A stretch of 64,000 bases of DNA from a virus. Its lineage: Duplodnaviria; Caudoviricetes. The position numbers were made by a program, and so were the translations under genes. The stretch lies in IMG/VR virus record IMGVR_UViG_3300036770_000417, positions 1,694 to 65,693 of that record, one strand, 5' to 3'. The notes under the pieces are model-generated. The model saw nothing but the letters and a program-made list of their open reading frames with translations. It was not told where the DNA came from and ran no database searches. The stretch's first letter is position 1. The number at the start of each line of letters is the position of its first letter. Below, one piece after another: positions 43,960 through 53,971 of the stretch.

Positions 43960-44871
43960 TCAAGAAGCGCCGGGCGAACCGAAGATGCCCAAAGGATCAG
44001 ACACCCCGAAGCTGTAACGTTCGCGGGCCTTATAGCGGGAGTTGCCCGTGTCGAAGTCGGCGTCCATGGAGGTCGACATCGGCGAGCGGACAAAGTGCTT
44101 CAGGCCGTTCGGAACGTCGGTCATCAGGAACCAAGCGTTCGTGTCCGTCAGCCAGTGGTTGACGGTGTAGCCGTCGGGGATCGACCCGTTGTTCCGCAGC
44201 GCGTTGATGTCGTTATCAGCCGTGCCGACACGGAGTTCCGTCTCCAGCAGGCGGGTAGCGACGAACTGCAGAGCCGGCGGGATGACCAGCTTACGCGGCT
44301 TCGCCGCGATAAGGAGGCCGCGCTCATCCGTCCAAGCAGCGATCTGGATCACTGCGGCTTCGAGCGAAGTCTCGTTCAGGTCAGCACCGACGGTGGGCCG
44401 GTTCGAGTTGGTGCCGCCCGAAACAAGCGGGTGGTCGGTGGCGCAGAGCGACTTACCGTCGCCATACGTCGTACCCGACGCAAACGCGTTGTTCAGGATG
44501 GCTGCGGCCTTAACCTGCTTGGTGTAGGCCATCGCACGAGCCAGCGACTTGGTGTAACGCGCCGACAGAGAGTCATAGAGGTTGTCCTCGATGGCCTCTT
44601 CAGTGAGCGAGAAACCCATGGCGATGGTTTCATGCGTATACCGGGCCGTCCACGCTTCTTGCGCGTTGTCGTACGAGATAGCGGAGCCCTCGTTTTTGAC
44701 AGGCGCTGCAGAAAAGCCCGATAGTTTCGTTTCCTCCTCGAATGAGCGCTCGGAAGTCTCAGTCTCGTAGATTTCCTTGTGCTCTTCGGGATAGCGAGCG
44801 TACTCCATGCCGAACAGGGCGTTCAGGCCGGGAAGGAGCTCTTTGAGAAGTTGGGCGCGCGAAATTGCCAT
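43960..44871 (-). CDS. Major capsid protein
   Basis: MAISRAQLLKELLPGLNALFG..EAIEDNLY..KARERYSFG.SDP; follows scaffold, precedes a strong terminator. Confidence 0.85.
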   Translation of the reverse strand: MAISRAQLLKELLPGLNALFGMEYARYPEEHKEIYETETSERSFEEETKLSGFSAAPVKNEGSAISYDNAQEAWTARYTHETIAMGFSLTEEAIEDNLYDSLSARYTKSLARAMAYTKQVKAAAILNNAFASGTTYGDGKSLCATDHPLVSGGTNSNRPTVGADLNETSLEAAVIQIAAWTDERGLLIAAKPRKLVIPPALQFVATRLLETELRVGTADNDINALRNNGSIPDGYTVNHWLTDTNAWFLMTDVPNGLKHFVRSPMSTSMDADFDTGNSRYKARERYSFGVSDPLGIFGSPGAS

Positions 44872-44887
44872 CTCACATCACTCCTTA

Positions 44888-45535
44888 TTACACGCCAAGC
44901 GGATTGAGATACTGATGACCGCCAGCCCACGTGATCGTGTTCGGCGTGCCCTCAGACAGGGTGAAGTACGGCGCGTTCCACTTGACGATGACCTCGGTGT
45001 AGTTGCCCGAAGCATCGACAGTCTCCGGAACCACATCAATGATGCGGATCGGGAGCGAAACAGTGGTAGCCGCAGAGGCCCCGTTTACTGCTACCGCAGA
45101 GTTGCCGGTGTTGGCGCTACCCGCGTTCTGCACGAGCGGAACGTTGTTGCCAACGACGGTGCGGCCGTAACCAGCGATGACAGTCGTGCCAGACACGAGC
45201 GCCACTTTGAAGAGCTGGTCAGGGTCGTCCGCGACATACGCTTGGATGTCGCTCGCGACCGTGTTGGCCGGGAAGTACTGGCTGAACAGCTTGTACTTCA
45301 GGGTGGGGTCCGTGTAGGTGCACCCCAGAAAGACGCCAACCGGAGTAGCGGTGGTCGTCCCGGTTTCCTTCTCCAGCGTGCCGTCGCTGACAAGCTTGAC
45401 CACGTCGCCATTGAAGATCGACGTAGCATAGCCCGAAGCAATCGGAATCTGGCGAGTGGCACCGGCGAACACCTGTCCCCCGATCAGATTGATCGGTTTC
45501 AGCCCGTACGGGGCCGACACAGTGGGATAAGCCAT
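44888..45535 (-). CDS. Probable capsid decoration/minor head protein
   Basis: PYGLKP, IFNGDVV, GVFLGC.Y, VADDP; located between scaffold and capsid genes. Confidence 0.55.
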   Translation of the reverse strand: MAYPTVSAPYGLKPINLIGGQVFAGATRQIPIASGYATSIFNGDVVKLVSDGTLEKETGTTTATPVGVFLGCTYTDPTLKYKLFSQYFPANTVASDIQAYVADDPDQLFKVALVSGTTVIAGYGRTVVGNNVPLVQNAGSANTGNSAVAVNGASAATTVSLPIRIIDVVPETVDASGNYTEVIVKWNAPYFTLSEGTPNTITWAGGHQYLNPLGV

Positions 45536-45549
45536 GGTGAGCTCCTGAG

Positions 45550-45999
45550 TTAAGTTCCTTTGCCGAAGGTAACCTGCGTCTTCCGCTCATTGAACAGCGG
45601 CATCCGCGGGTCGCTCTGCCGCATCAGGTTGTTATCCACGGACTGCATTTGCGCACGCGTCTGGTTCTCGAACCACTCGGTACGCTCCTGAATCATCTCC
45701 GTGGGTGCCTTGCACAGCATGAGGCCACCGATGACGATGTTGTCAGCAAACTTGTCATGGTTCACTGCGACTACCGTGATCTCGGGGTGGTCCACCGCCT
45801 TCACAGGCTCCCAACCTTCTTGCAGCTTCGAGGACACATTCGTGGCGTCGACTTGCCCGTGTGTGCTCACACGTACCCAGCGAAATTCATAGCCCGGCTC
45901 GGGATTCGGCGAGGGGAGTACCTCAGGCCGTTGCCAAGCCCGTCTACGGGCCGTTTTCTCGCGGGTGTCGAGATCGCGCGCTATGCGATTCTCAGCCAT
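45550..45999 (-). CDS. Conserved head-module protein
   Basis: W..PEVLP.P..GYEFRWVR..EGWEPV..IGGLMLCK. Confidence 0.6.
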   Translation of the reverse strand: MAENRIARDLDTREKTARRRAWQRPEVLPSPNPEPGYEFRWVRVSTHGQVDATNVSSKLQEGWEPVKAVDHPEITVVAVNHDKFADNIVIGGLMLCKAPTEMIQERTEWFENQTRAQMQSVDNNLMRQSDPRMPLFNERKTQVTFGKGT

Positions 46000-46999
46000 T
46001 CTGTGATCTCCTCATCTCCAACGCAACCTGCATGGCGTATTTGTCCAACGGGACCCCAAGTCGTTTAGCGATCTGCACTTGTGTCTGCGTAAGGGTGACC
46101 TTTTTAGGGGCCGTGCTCCGCGTAGCGGGTGCGACAACTTGTGCTGTGCGTTTCGGCTTAGGTGCCTCGGGCTCTCCAGCATCCTCGAACTGATCGGGGA
46201 AGAGTTCGCGCATACGAGAGTTCAACCTCTCGTAGTAAGTATCACTCTGCGGGCTCACGCCCTGTTTGACGAGCTTGCTATGCAACCCCAGCGCAAGGCT
46301 CGTCATCTCGTCGTCTACCCCAAACCAAGGATTGGCAGCTCGCCATGCCTCCGCTTTGGGGTCGGCAGAAGGTGCCGGGGCGGATGTACCTTCTGGTTGT
46401 ACAGGAGTCTCAGACTCCTGTAAAGGTGGTAACTTAATATTGGCTACCTTGTCTGCCTTAATCTTAGCAGCGGTTAGCTGTTCTTGCGCTACAACGACAG
46501 CTTCGGAATCACCTGCCTCATAGGCGTCCTTGTACGCCTTCTTGGCCTGCTCGACCTCTACCGCGGCGTTCTTCTTCGCCTGCTCTAGCAGCGCCGTCTG
46601 GTTCTTCCCGACGGTACCCTTGAGCCGCTTGTTCTCCTCGACAAGCTGCTGCGCCAGCCGCTCCAGCTCCTGCTTCTCCCGCAGCGCGGCCTCTTTGGCT
46701 CGGCGCTCGTCGTGATAGCCCTTGCTGAAGTGCTTGATGCGCTTACGCACCTTGTCGGAATACTCGGAGAGCTCCTCGTCGGTGACCTCCTCCGGCGGCT
46801 CGGACGGCTTGCGCCCCCTATCCGCTTTCGGCGTATCGTCGACGACTTCGATCTCGATTTCCGACGCCTCTTCAGGCTCCGGAGCTGCGCGTTTACCCTT
46901 GGCAGGAGGCGTGATGGCCTCTGCCGTCGAGCTCGACACCTCGATGCGCTCGTCATCATCCGGGTCGGGGAACGTAAACTCTACTTTCTGAATAGGCAT
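45992..46999 (-). CDS. Probable capsid scaffolding protein
   Basis: Acidic N-terminus, long coiled coil, W...NPWFG, C-terminal QVQIAKRLGVPLDKYA. Confidence 0.7.
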   Translation of the reverse strand: MPIQKVEFTFPDPDDDERIEVSSSTAEAITPPAKGKRAAPEPEEASEIEIEVVDDTPKADRGRKPSEPPEEVTDEELSEYSDKVRKRIKHFSKGYHDERRAKEAALREKQELERLAQQLVEENKRLKGTVGKNQTALLEQAKKNAAVEVEQAKKAYKDAYEAGDSEAVVVAQEQLTAAKIKADKVANIKLPPLQESETPVQPEGTSAPAPSADPKAEAWRAANPWFGVDDEMTSLALGLHSKLVKQGVSPQSDTYYERLNSRMRELFPDQFEDAGEPEAPKPKRTAQVVAPATRSTAPKKVTLTQTQVQIAKRLGVPLDKYAMQVALEMRRSQNG

Positions 47000-47009
47000 T
47001 GTTTACCCC

Positions 47010-47369
47010 TCACACGCGCGAGACGCCCCGCGGGTCCGCAACCACGGCCTGCACGGAGTCGTCGTTCATAAGTCGGTACTCGGTACCCTTGATCTTGAAC
47101 CGTGTGCCCGTGTTTGCGCGGAACATCACATAGTCACCGGGTTTGCACCACGGCCCGTGGGGGAACCTATCCGGGTCTCGGTACGCCTGCGGCCCCATGT
47201 CGAGGACAAGCCCGATGGTCGACATGACCTTCTCAAGCTCGCGCTGCGCGTCTGTCTTCAGCACGCTGGTGCCGTCGTACGTCGCGTCGACATCAGGCAT
47301 GGCTACCAGCAAGAAGTATCCCGCGGGTACCGGGAGTTGCGCTTCCAGTTCAGTATCTTCAGTCATCAT
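47010..47369 (-). CDS. GroES-like co-chaperonin
   Basis: P.GYFLLV..GLVLDMGP.AY..WCKPGDYV..YRLMNDDSVQAVV. Confidence 0.75.
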   Translation of the reverse strand: MMTEDTELEAQLPVPAGYFLLVAMPDVDATYDGTSVLKTDAQRELEKVMSTIGLVLDMGPQAYRDPDRFPHGPWCKPGDYVMFRANTGTRFKIKGTEYRLMNDDSVQAVVADPRGVSRV

Positions 47370-47556
47370 CGCTTTCCATGAAGTTTCGCGAGAGGTCTTC
47401 TATGTACGACTTGCTGGCTTCGAGACCCCGAATTAAGCCAACAACTTCCCGATAGTGGGCGTAGTCCTTGGGAGCGCCCCCCTTCAGAAAATCCATCGCA
47501 GACGAGAGTTGCTCGTCGATGTTGTCCTTAAGCACGTCAAAGACGGTCTTCGGCAT
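47359..47556 (-). CDS. Hypothetical protein
   Basis: DYAHYREVVGLIRGL; overlaps the GroES-like gene start. Confidence 0.6.
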   Translation of the reverse strand: MPKTVFDVLKDNIDEQLSSAMDFLKGGAPKDYAHYREVVGLIRGLEASKSYIEDLSRNFMESDDD

Positions 47557-47559
47557 CGG

Positions 47560-50046
47560 TTACTCCTTTGCCGGTTTGGGCTTTTGCTGCGCACGCTGCG
47601 CGTTCACGACGGTCTGCATGATCGCCAAGTCCACTTTGTTCTCCATGTCGCGCTTACGCTGCGCGAGCTCCACACCCATGCGCCGCGCCTCGATGTCGAC
47701 CTCCTGCTGGGCGATCTGCGTGTCCTTGGCCTTGATGAGGTTGTCGGCCTGCGTCTTCTGGGCCTGCAGCGCAAGCTGTTGCGCCCGCAGCTGCAAGTCT
47801 GCTTGGTCCTTTGCCGCCTTGCGCTGCACCTCGGCCTGCTTGACCTGCACCTCCGCCTGCGCGAGCTGGAACATCGGGTCTTGGGCTTGCTGCTGCGCCG
47901 CCTGCTGCGCCGCCTGCTGCTGATGTGACTGCGTGAGCTGCTTGCCGGCGTCGGCCACGAGACGCGCGAGGTTGACCTCGATCTCCTCTGGCAGCTCCTC
48001 GTTCGGCGGCGGCAGCGGAGCCCCGAGCCGCTCCTCGATCTGCTGGCGGTACTGGAACCCAAGATGCTCGGCGATGTGGGCTTGCAGCGAGGCCATGATC
48101 TGCTGCGCCTGCGGGTTCTGCCCGATCATCTGCGCGATCATCGGGTCCTGCATGAACGACATGTGCGACGCGATATGCGCTTGGTGGTCTTGGTAGATGA
48201 AGGCCCGCAGGGGCTTGCCGATCAGCGCGTTCATGTTCTCGCTGACGGGGTCCACCGGCACCGCATCCTCGCGTGTCGGCACGAGCTTGTCGGCGTTCTT
48301 GATACCCAGCACCTCGATCATCTGGCGGTGCAGCTGCGGCAGGTCGTATATCTGGGGCGCAGCCTGCGCCATCTGCAACACAGCCTGATACTGCACCACG
48401 CGCTGGGCCATGGTCGAGCTGTTAGGGTCGCTGACCGGGATCACGTCGACCATGGTGTAGTCGGCCTGCCGCGCGCTCACCTCGCCCCTGTGCGGCTGGT
48501 AGGCATAGTCCGTGGGGGCATACTCGGCCATGAGGGCCTTGAGCAGCTTGAACTCCTGCTTCATGGCGTAGTGCACGCGGGCCTGCACCGCGGCCATGGG
48601 CTTCAGCGTGCGCTCCAGCAGCGCCAGCGTGGTACCCACAGGGGCGTTAGCCGACATGTCCGAGATGTTCATGTCGGAGATAGCCCCGAGGCGCCGCCCC
48701 TCGTTTGTGATGCGGTCCAGCAGCGCGAGCAGCGTCTGGCTGGGCTCCTTGTACGGCAGCGGCATCACGTTGTCGCGGATAGACCCCGACGGCACGTCGA
48801 CGTCCCTGAACTCACCCGGCGCGATGGGTGTGTCGTCGCCCTTGACGCGCAGCCCCTTGGACTTGAGCCCCCCGGGCAGGTTAGCCAGCGTGCCGGCGTC
48901 CACGAGCTGACGGATGATACTTGTGCCCGCCCGCGCGTAGCCCCCGATGATGTGGATGAGCCCCAGCCCGTAGAACCCGAACCCCGGCACGTAGGGGTAG
49001 TGCACGAAGTGCTGCCGCTTGAGCATCAGCGGATCATCAGGGTTCCAGTTTCGGCGTATCGCCAGCACCATACCCGTGCCACGCTCGATAGTCACGACAT
49101 AGGGCTTGGCGATGGAGATGTCGTCCTCGTCCTCCTCGTCGATACCGTCGATCACGAGGTCCGCGTGAATCTCGTAGATCGTATACCGGTTGTCGTCGGT
49201 GAGGCTGTAGCCGCCCTCCTTGGCCTTTTTCTCCTCGATGTCCGTATGGAACGCCTGCGGCTCTCCGAGATCAACCTTGCGGTAGAACCCCGCAGCCTGC
49301 AGCTTGTTGAGCTCGTTCTTGGTCTTGCGCATGACGTGCGTCACACGCTCCGCGGTCTCCAGATGGCTCGCGCCATATGGCACGATCATGTCCTCAGCAG
49401 GCACATAGACGGCTACTTGCCGTCCAAGACTCGGGTCGAAGTAGATTTTCTTGAACGCAGACCCGGCCAGCCCCAGCGCATAGAGCATCCGCTCGTGCTC
49501 CGGGCGGTACTCCACCATGTGCTCTGTCAGCTCATAGTTCATGTCCGCCTTGACGCGCATGGCGGCCTCGGTCTTCTCCTTTGTCTCCTCGCCGAGAATC
49601 TTGACCTTCACCGGCCCTGCAGCGGGGAATGTCTCGGACATAGTCTCCGCTTGGAACCGGATAGCCGCCTCGGCCAGCACCGTCGAGTACACCCCACAGG
49701 CGTCCTCCCACGGGTCGCTACGCTCCTCGTAGCGGAACCCGAGCACCTCCAGCCCCTTGACGAATGAGTCCGCCCAGTCCTTGCGGCTGTCGATGTCGGC
49801 CTGCACCAGCCCGAGGATGTCCGAGGAGAGCACCGACATCTCCCCGTCGTCCATGGCCTCCGCGAGGTTACCATCGAAGGGCAGCAGGTCGCTCTCTTCG
49901 GCGTCGGGGATCAGCGTGATCTCCACGCTCCCGTCGTCCAGCGTCACGGCTTCCGGGTCGATGATCTCGATCTCCAGCTCGCCCTCGTCCTCGTCGTCCT
50001 CTGTCAGCCCCTGCGGAGCGGCGTAGAGTCCCTTCTCGATAGCCAT
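47560..50046 (-). CDS. Portal protein
   Basis: Follows TerL; 828 aa; GSAFKKIYFD, GFGFYGLGLIH, RQLVDAGTL, long Gln-rich C-terminal coiled coil. Confidence 0.85.
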   Translation of the reverse strand: MAIEKGLYAAPQGLTEDDEDEGELEIEIIDPEAVTLDDGSVEITLIPDAEESDLLPFDGNLAEAMDDGEMSVLSSDILGLVQADIDSRKDWADSFVKGLEVLGFRYEERSDPWEDACGVYSTVLAEAAIRFQAETMSETFPAAGPVKVKILGEETKEKTEAAMRVKADMNYELTEHMVEYRPEHERMLYALGLAGSAFKKIYFDPSLGRQVAVYVPAEDMIVPYGASHLETAERVTHVMRKTKNELNKLQAAGFYRKVDLGEPQAFHTDIEEKKAKEGGYSLTDDNRYTIYEIHADLVIDGIDEEDEDDISIAKPYVVTIERGTGMVLAIRRNWNPDDPLMLKRQHFVHYPYVPGFGFYGLGLIHIIGGYARAGTSIIRQLVDAGTLANLPGGLKSKGLRVKGDDTPIAPGEFRDVDVPSGSIRDNVMPLPYKEPSQTLLALLDRITNEGRRLGAISDMNISDMSANAPVGTTLALLERTLKPMAAVQARVHYAMKQEFKLLKALMAEYAPTDYAYQPHRGEVSARQADYTMVDVIPVSDPNSSTMAQRVVQYQAVLQMAQAAPQIYDLPQLHRQMIEVLGIKNADKLVPTREDAVPVDPVSENMNALIGKPLRAFIYQDHQAHIASHMSFMQDPMIAQMIGQNPQAQQIMASLQAHIAEHLGFQYRQQIEERLGAPLPPPNEELPEEIEVNLARLVADAGKQLTQSHQQQAAQQAAQQQAQDPMFQLAQAEVQVKQAEVQRKAAKDQADLQLRAQQLALQAQKTQADNLIKAKDTQIAQQEVDIEARRMGVELAQRKRDMENKVDLAIMQTVVNAQRAQQKPKPAKE

Positions 50047-50056
50047 AGCTTATCTC

Positions 50057-51592
50057 CTAGTAGTAGCCGCCCCGGCGTTGCTTGAAGAATCTCGGCTCCT
50101 CCGGCTCGTCAGTCGGCAGGCGGATGAACCCGCCCTGACGGAACCGCATCAGGGCCATCACAGTGGAGTCCACGAGGTCGTCATGCGACACGAAGGGGAA
50201 CCCCGCTATCTCCTCCACGAGCTCCTCGGCCCACCGTGTCTGAGGCACCCAACAGATACCCGACGCCACGATGTCAGCCACGCTGTTGAGGCGCGCAAGC
50301 TTGTCCCCCGAGCCTCGGTGCGGTGTGTACTCCTGCACGGATATACCCATGCGCCGCATCTCCTGATAGAGCGCGGTCCCCGCACTCTTCTTCTCGACGA
50401 TGAAGCTGTCTGGCTCCCACTCGCGATACTCGCGCATGGCGAGCTCCTTGAGCTCCGGGAACTCCAACCGCTGCTTGATACTGTTTAACAAGATAATGTG
50501 ATGCGCGCCAGCGTCTTCGTTGTAGAAGACTCCCCACGTCGTCAGCGCCGTGTAGTCCGCCCGGTTGTGCTTCTCGGCCGCGGCGTCGAGAGACATGATG
50601 ATGTATTCGCACGGGGGAGGGTCATCGAGGCGCCACTCCTGCCACCACTCCCGCTTCACTATGGCGGCTTCCTCGGCCGTGGGCTGCTGCTGGTACTGCG
50701 CGTTCCACTGGAACACAGGCATACTGGCCTTTGTCCGCATCAGCGCCTGCAGGTCGAAAAACTCCGGCCAGAGGGGCTTTTGCCCGCTCTCAGTCTCCAA
50801 AATAGCCGGAAATTCAATGATTTCGTACTGATCGGCGTCGTCATTCTGCGCCATGTCGCGCGTAACACGCCCTGTCAAGTCGTCCATGTGCCATCTGGTG
50901 GCCACGATAGCCACCCGACCACCCGGCATGAGGCGCGTCCGCGCCCCGTAGGTGAACCACTCGTATGCCTTGTCAAAAACCTCGAAATTACCGCTCAAAA
51001 CGTCCTGTTCGGAGTGCGGATCGTCGATCAACAGCAGGTCTGCACCCCTTCCGGCGATGCTGGAGCCTACGCCAGCGGCGTAGTACTCGCCTCCGGCGCT
51101 CGTATTCCAGCGCCCCGCGGACTTGGAGTCCGAAGCGAGGGCCACAGCGGGAAAAATCTCCTTGTATTCGCTCGTAGCGATCAGATTTCGCACCTTCCGA
51201 CCGAAATCGACGGCCAAATCGGTGGTGTGAGACACCATCATCACCTTCTTGGTGGGATTTCGACCCAAAAACCACGCCGGAAACATGATGGATACGAGCT
51301 GTGACTTGCCATGACGTGGTGGCATGTTCACGCACACGCGGTCTTTTGCACCCTGTTCGAGGGCCATGAGCTGATCCGCGAGTATTCTGTGGTGCTTTCC
51401 TACCCTGTAGTCCGGCTGCATCCGTTTGCAGAAGGCAATCAGGTCGTCATAGGCCGCGGTGTTGCGTTTCCGGGCCATCAGCTCGTCGAGCATCCGCTCG
51501 ACCTCTGCAGCTTCCACCGGGGACAGCTCGTCCACGTTGTCGAGGAGCGCGTTGAGTTCTTCCTCTGTAAATCCGAGGGTGTCAGTCGTCAT
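50057..51592 (-). CDS. terL: Terminase large subunit
   Basis: MPPRHGKS Walker A, LLIDDP Walker B, TRWHMDDL, YQQQPT, FP..HDDLVDS nuclease motif. Confidence 0.92.
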   Translation of the reverse strand: MTTDTLGFTEEELNALLDNVDELSPVEAAEVERMLDELMARKRNTAAYDDLIAFCKRMQPDYRVGKHHRILADQLMALEQGAKDRVCVNMPPRHGKSQLVSIMFPAWFLGRNPTKKVMMVSHTTDLAVDFGRKVRNLIATSEYKEIFPAVALASDSKSAGRWNTSAGGEYYAAGVGSSIAGRGADLLLIDDPHSEQDVLSGNFEVFDKAYEWFTYGARTRLMPGGRVAIVATRWHMDDLTGRVTRDMAQNDDADQYEIIEFPAILETESGQKPLWPEFFDLQALMRTKASMPVFQWNAQYQQQPTAEEAAIVKREWWQEWRLDDPPPCEYIIMSLDAAAEKHNRADYTALTTWGVFYNEDAGAHHIILLNSIKQRLEFPELKELAMREYREWEPDSFIVEKKSAGTALYQEMRRMGISVQEYTPHRGSGDKLARLNSVADIVASGICWVPQTRWAEELVEEIAGFPFVSHDDLVDSTVMALMRFRQGGFIRLPTDEPEEPRFFKQRRGGYY

Positions 51593-52169
51593 CCGGCACC
51601 TTCAGCCCGAGCTCGGCATCCACGTCGATGACCTCGCCCTCGACGACAACGGCATCTTCCAGCTCCGGATTCACGAGACGGGCCAGCTTCTCGCGCAGCC
51701 GAGCCTTGATATCGTCCGTCGTCTGGTGCGTTACGGTAACTTCGCTCTTTTCGGCAAACAGCCCCACGTCGCTGATCTTGCCGAGCAGCTCCAACGCCTT
51801 CAACCGCACCCTCGGATCGGGATTCTCCGTCTCCTGCACCAGCTTGTTCGTGACCAGATTGCGTATCTGCACCGCATCATCGGCGACCCTATGGCCGAAC
51901 TCGTCCAGAATATGCTTGGTCAGCAGCAGCGCCGCGGGCGTCGTCTTGGCCATCCGCTTGTGGGTCATCGCCTTGGAGGTGGCGTCCGGGGCCTCCGCAT
52001 AGTCTCGCGCCAGCTGCTCCGCAGCCTCCATGTCGGCATCCGACGGTTCCGGCACCAGCCCGAGCTCGTCCAATGTACTGCACGCGGCCTCCAGCCGGTG
52101 GCGGAGGTCCGTATATGGCGCCTCTACAGTCAGAGGCACCCCCAACTCGGGCACGAGTTCCAGTGTCAT
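51582..52169 (-). CDS. Probable terminase small subunit
   Basis: Immediately upstream of and overlapping TerL; RLKALELLGK..DVGLF motif. Confidence 0.6.
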   Translation of the reverse strand: MTLELVPELGVPLTVEAPYTDLRHRLEAACSTLDELGLVPEPSDADMEAAEQLARDYAEAPDATSKAMTHKRMAKTTPAALLLTKHILDEFGHRVADDAVQIRNLVTNKLVQETENPDPRVRLKALELLGKISDVGLFAEKSEVTVTHQTTDDIKARLREKLARLVNPELEDAVVVEGEVIDVDAELGLKVPDDD

Positions 52170-52572
52170 CGTCTCTCGCAGGCTGGTGTGGCCGTTTACG
52201 TAATATGCAGCATGATATGATATCCCGTCAAGCGGGGGACCCAACGGGTCCCTTTAAGGGGGGTGTTTCCTGTACGTATTAAGAACAAATAGCGTACGAA
52301 AATGGGGGAGGGGGAGTTGTTTGTGTGGATTAGTAGTACATAGGACGCGCGCGGAGTCCCGTTTGCCAAGTGGTGCCCCCGGTATGGGTAGGGGTCGCGC
52401 CCCCACGATTCGTGCCATGCCCCTAGTGTGCCGCGCGGGCTGTTAGTTTAGTAACTAACAGTGGCGAATCGTGCCAAGGCGTGTCGGATGGTGTGTTGAT
52501 TTCTTAGGCTGGACATGCGACAAATAATCATCGGGCGGCAATGGTGCGGCCCGATTAGCTAGGAGAACTGCC

Positions 52573-53070
52573 ATGTTTACTGCTTCCACTCTGAAGGCCG
52601 TCACCACTGCATCCGCAGCCATCGTCGCGGGTGAGAAGGCGCAGCGCAAGTTTCTGGACACCTTGCGCGCTGATAACGTCGCGGCATCGGCTTTGAAGTC
52701 GACGCAAACTGAGGGCTCGACTGCAACTGAAGAAAGCTGGGCCGCATTGAAAGTGGCCGTCGTTGCGGGATTTGATGCACGCATCCAGAAACTGCTCGCA
52801 CTGCCGCCTAATGCCGTGCGTGATACCGACAAGGCAGAACGTCGCCATTGGCATATGCAAATCGGTTCTATCATTGGCCGTTGGCAGCGCGCGCTCGCCA
52901 AAGACGAGGCCAAGCGAGCTGGCGTCGTGAAGAATGCGACGTCACCGGTTGAAAAGCTTCGCGACGCGTTTACCGCGATTGAAACGGCCGTTAAGAAGGG
53001 CACGGATTGGGGATTCGACGTCGACGACTTCCTGCGCGACCTTCGCGCGCTAAATAAGCGCATCTGCTAG
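52573..53070 (+). CDS. Hypothetical early protein
   Basis: AGGAG SD; first gene of the divergent arm. Confidence 0.7.
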   Translation: MFTASTLKAVTTASAAIVAGEKAQRKFLDTLRADNVAASALKSTQTEGSTATEESWAALKVAVVAGFDARIQKLLALPPNAVRDTDKAERRHWHMQIGSIIGRWQRALAKDEAKRAGVVKNATSPVEKLRDAFTAIETAVKKGTDWGFDVDDFLRDLRALNKRIC

Positions 53071-53107
53071 CAGGGGCGGGGGCGGCGCAAGCCGCCCCCG
53101 ACATCAC

Positions 53108-53188
53108 ATGAGAAACCACATCGAAAACGCCCTTGGCGTCGTCATACTGTTTGCCGTTCTGTTCGCCTTCCTCTGGCTCACGCCCTGA
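53108..53188 (+). CDS. Possible 26-aa membrane peptide
   Basis: MRNHIENALGVVILFAVLFAFLWLTP, ending just before the terminator; no clear SD. Confidence 0.4.
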   Translation: MRNHIENALGVVILFAVLFAFLWLTP

Positions 53189-53193
53189 CAATC

Positions 53194-53224
53194 AAACCCG
53201 CGTGCTTCGGCACGCGGGTTTTTT
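53194..53224 (+). terminator. Rho-independent terminator
   Basis: AAACCCGCGTGC-TTCG-GCACGCGGGTTTTTT. Confidence 0.88.
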
Positions 53225-53439
53225 CATGCCCTGCGCGCACCGCGCGCGGGGCCTCATGCACCAGTTACCAGAGGAGCGCTGAGCCCTAGGCCGCGGATCG
53301 GGGCACGCTGGGTTGTTAGTGCGCGACTAACACATAGGCACGTAGCACCACGCACGCGCAGCGTGTGGCATCTTACTGCACCAGTTACTAGAGGAGCGCG
53401 GCGCCCCAGCTGTTAGTGCGCGACTAACTCATTGATATT

Positions 53440-53900
53440 ACGTAATGTTCCAAATGTTCCGTAATGTTCCGCAATGTTCGGTCAGTGTTAGATCATTATG
53501 TAAACGTGGTGCGCCGTGGTGCACGGTGTTGAGCACCGCTCCCTTTTGACATGCTGGATGTTGTAGTTTTTTATCTATATCTATCTAATCTTACTACTAC
53601 TACTATAATGTTCTATGACACACATATACCCTTTCCTAACGAGGCAGTTCTGACGGCGTTTGTGCTCCCGTTTGTTCCAGTGCCTAAAAATACTCTAGGG
53701 GGCCTTAAAACGCTCCTAAAACCGAACAAACGAACAGTTCAATCTTTTCAAGGACTTACAGGCCATTTGAACAGAACATTACACAGAACATTAGAACATT
53801 ACGTCCTGCCAAGGACTTACACCTCACACTTCACGTGATTTTCCGCTCACGAAAGAACATTACCAAACCGCGCAAGATCATTACCAAAGCACCCCCTGCA
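53440..53900. other. Probable replication origin (iteron arrays around an AT-rich core)
   Basis: AATGTTC x4 at about 10-bp spacing on the left, GAACATT copies on the right, AT-rich centre at about 53565-53630. Confidence 0.55.
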
Positions 53901-53904
53901 AACA

Positions 53905-53933
53905 TTGACATGAACCCTCACTTCTGCTATACT
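53905..53933 (+). promoter_or_regulatory. Near-consensus sigma70 early promoter
   Basis: TTGACA-17nt-TATACT with extended -10 TG. Confidence 0.8.
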
Positions 53934-53971
53934 GTAAGTAGTAATAGGAAGTTCTGCCCACCCCGCTGCTA

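Noticed and set aside
48064-49767. 567-aa + strand ORF opposite the portal gene
   Set aside because: Antisense shadow of a GC-rich coding gene; no motifs
53551-53838. 95-aa ORF in the origin-like region
   Set aside because: Made of iteron and microrepeat sequence; no SD; atypical composition
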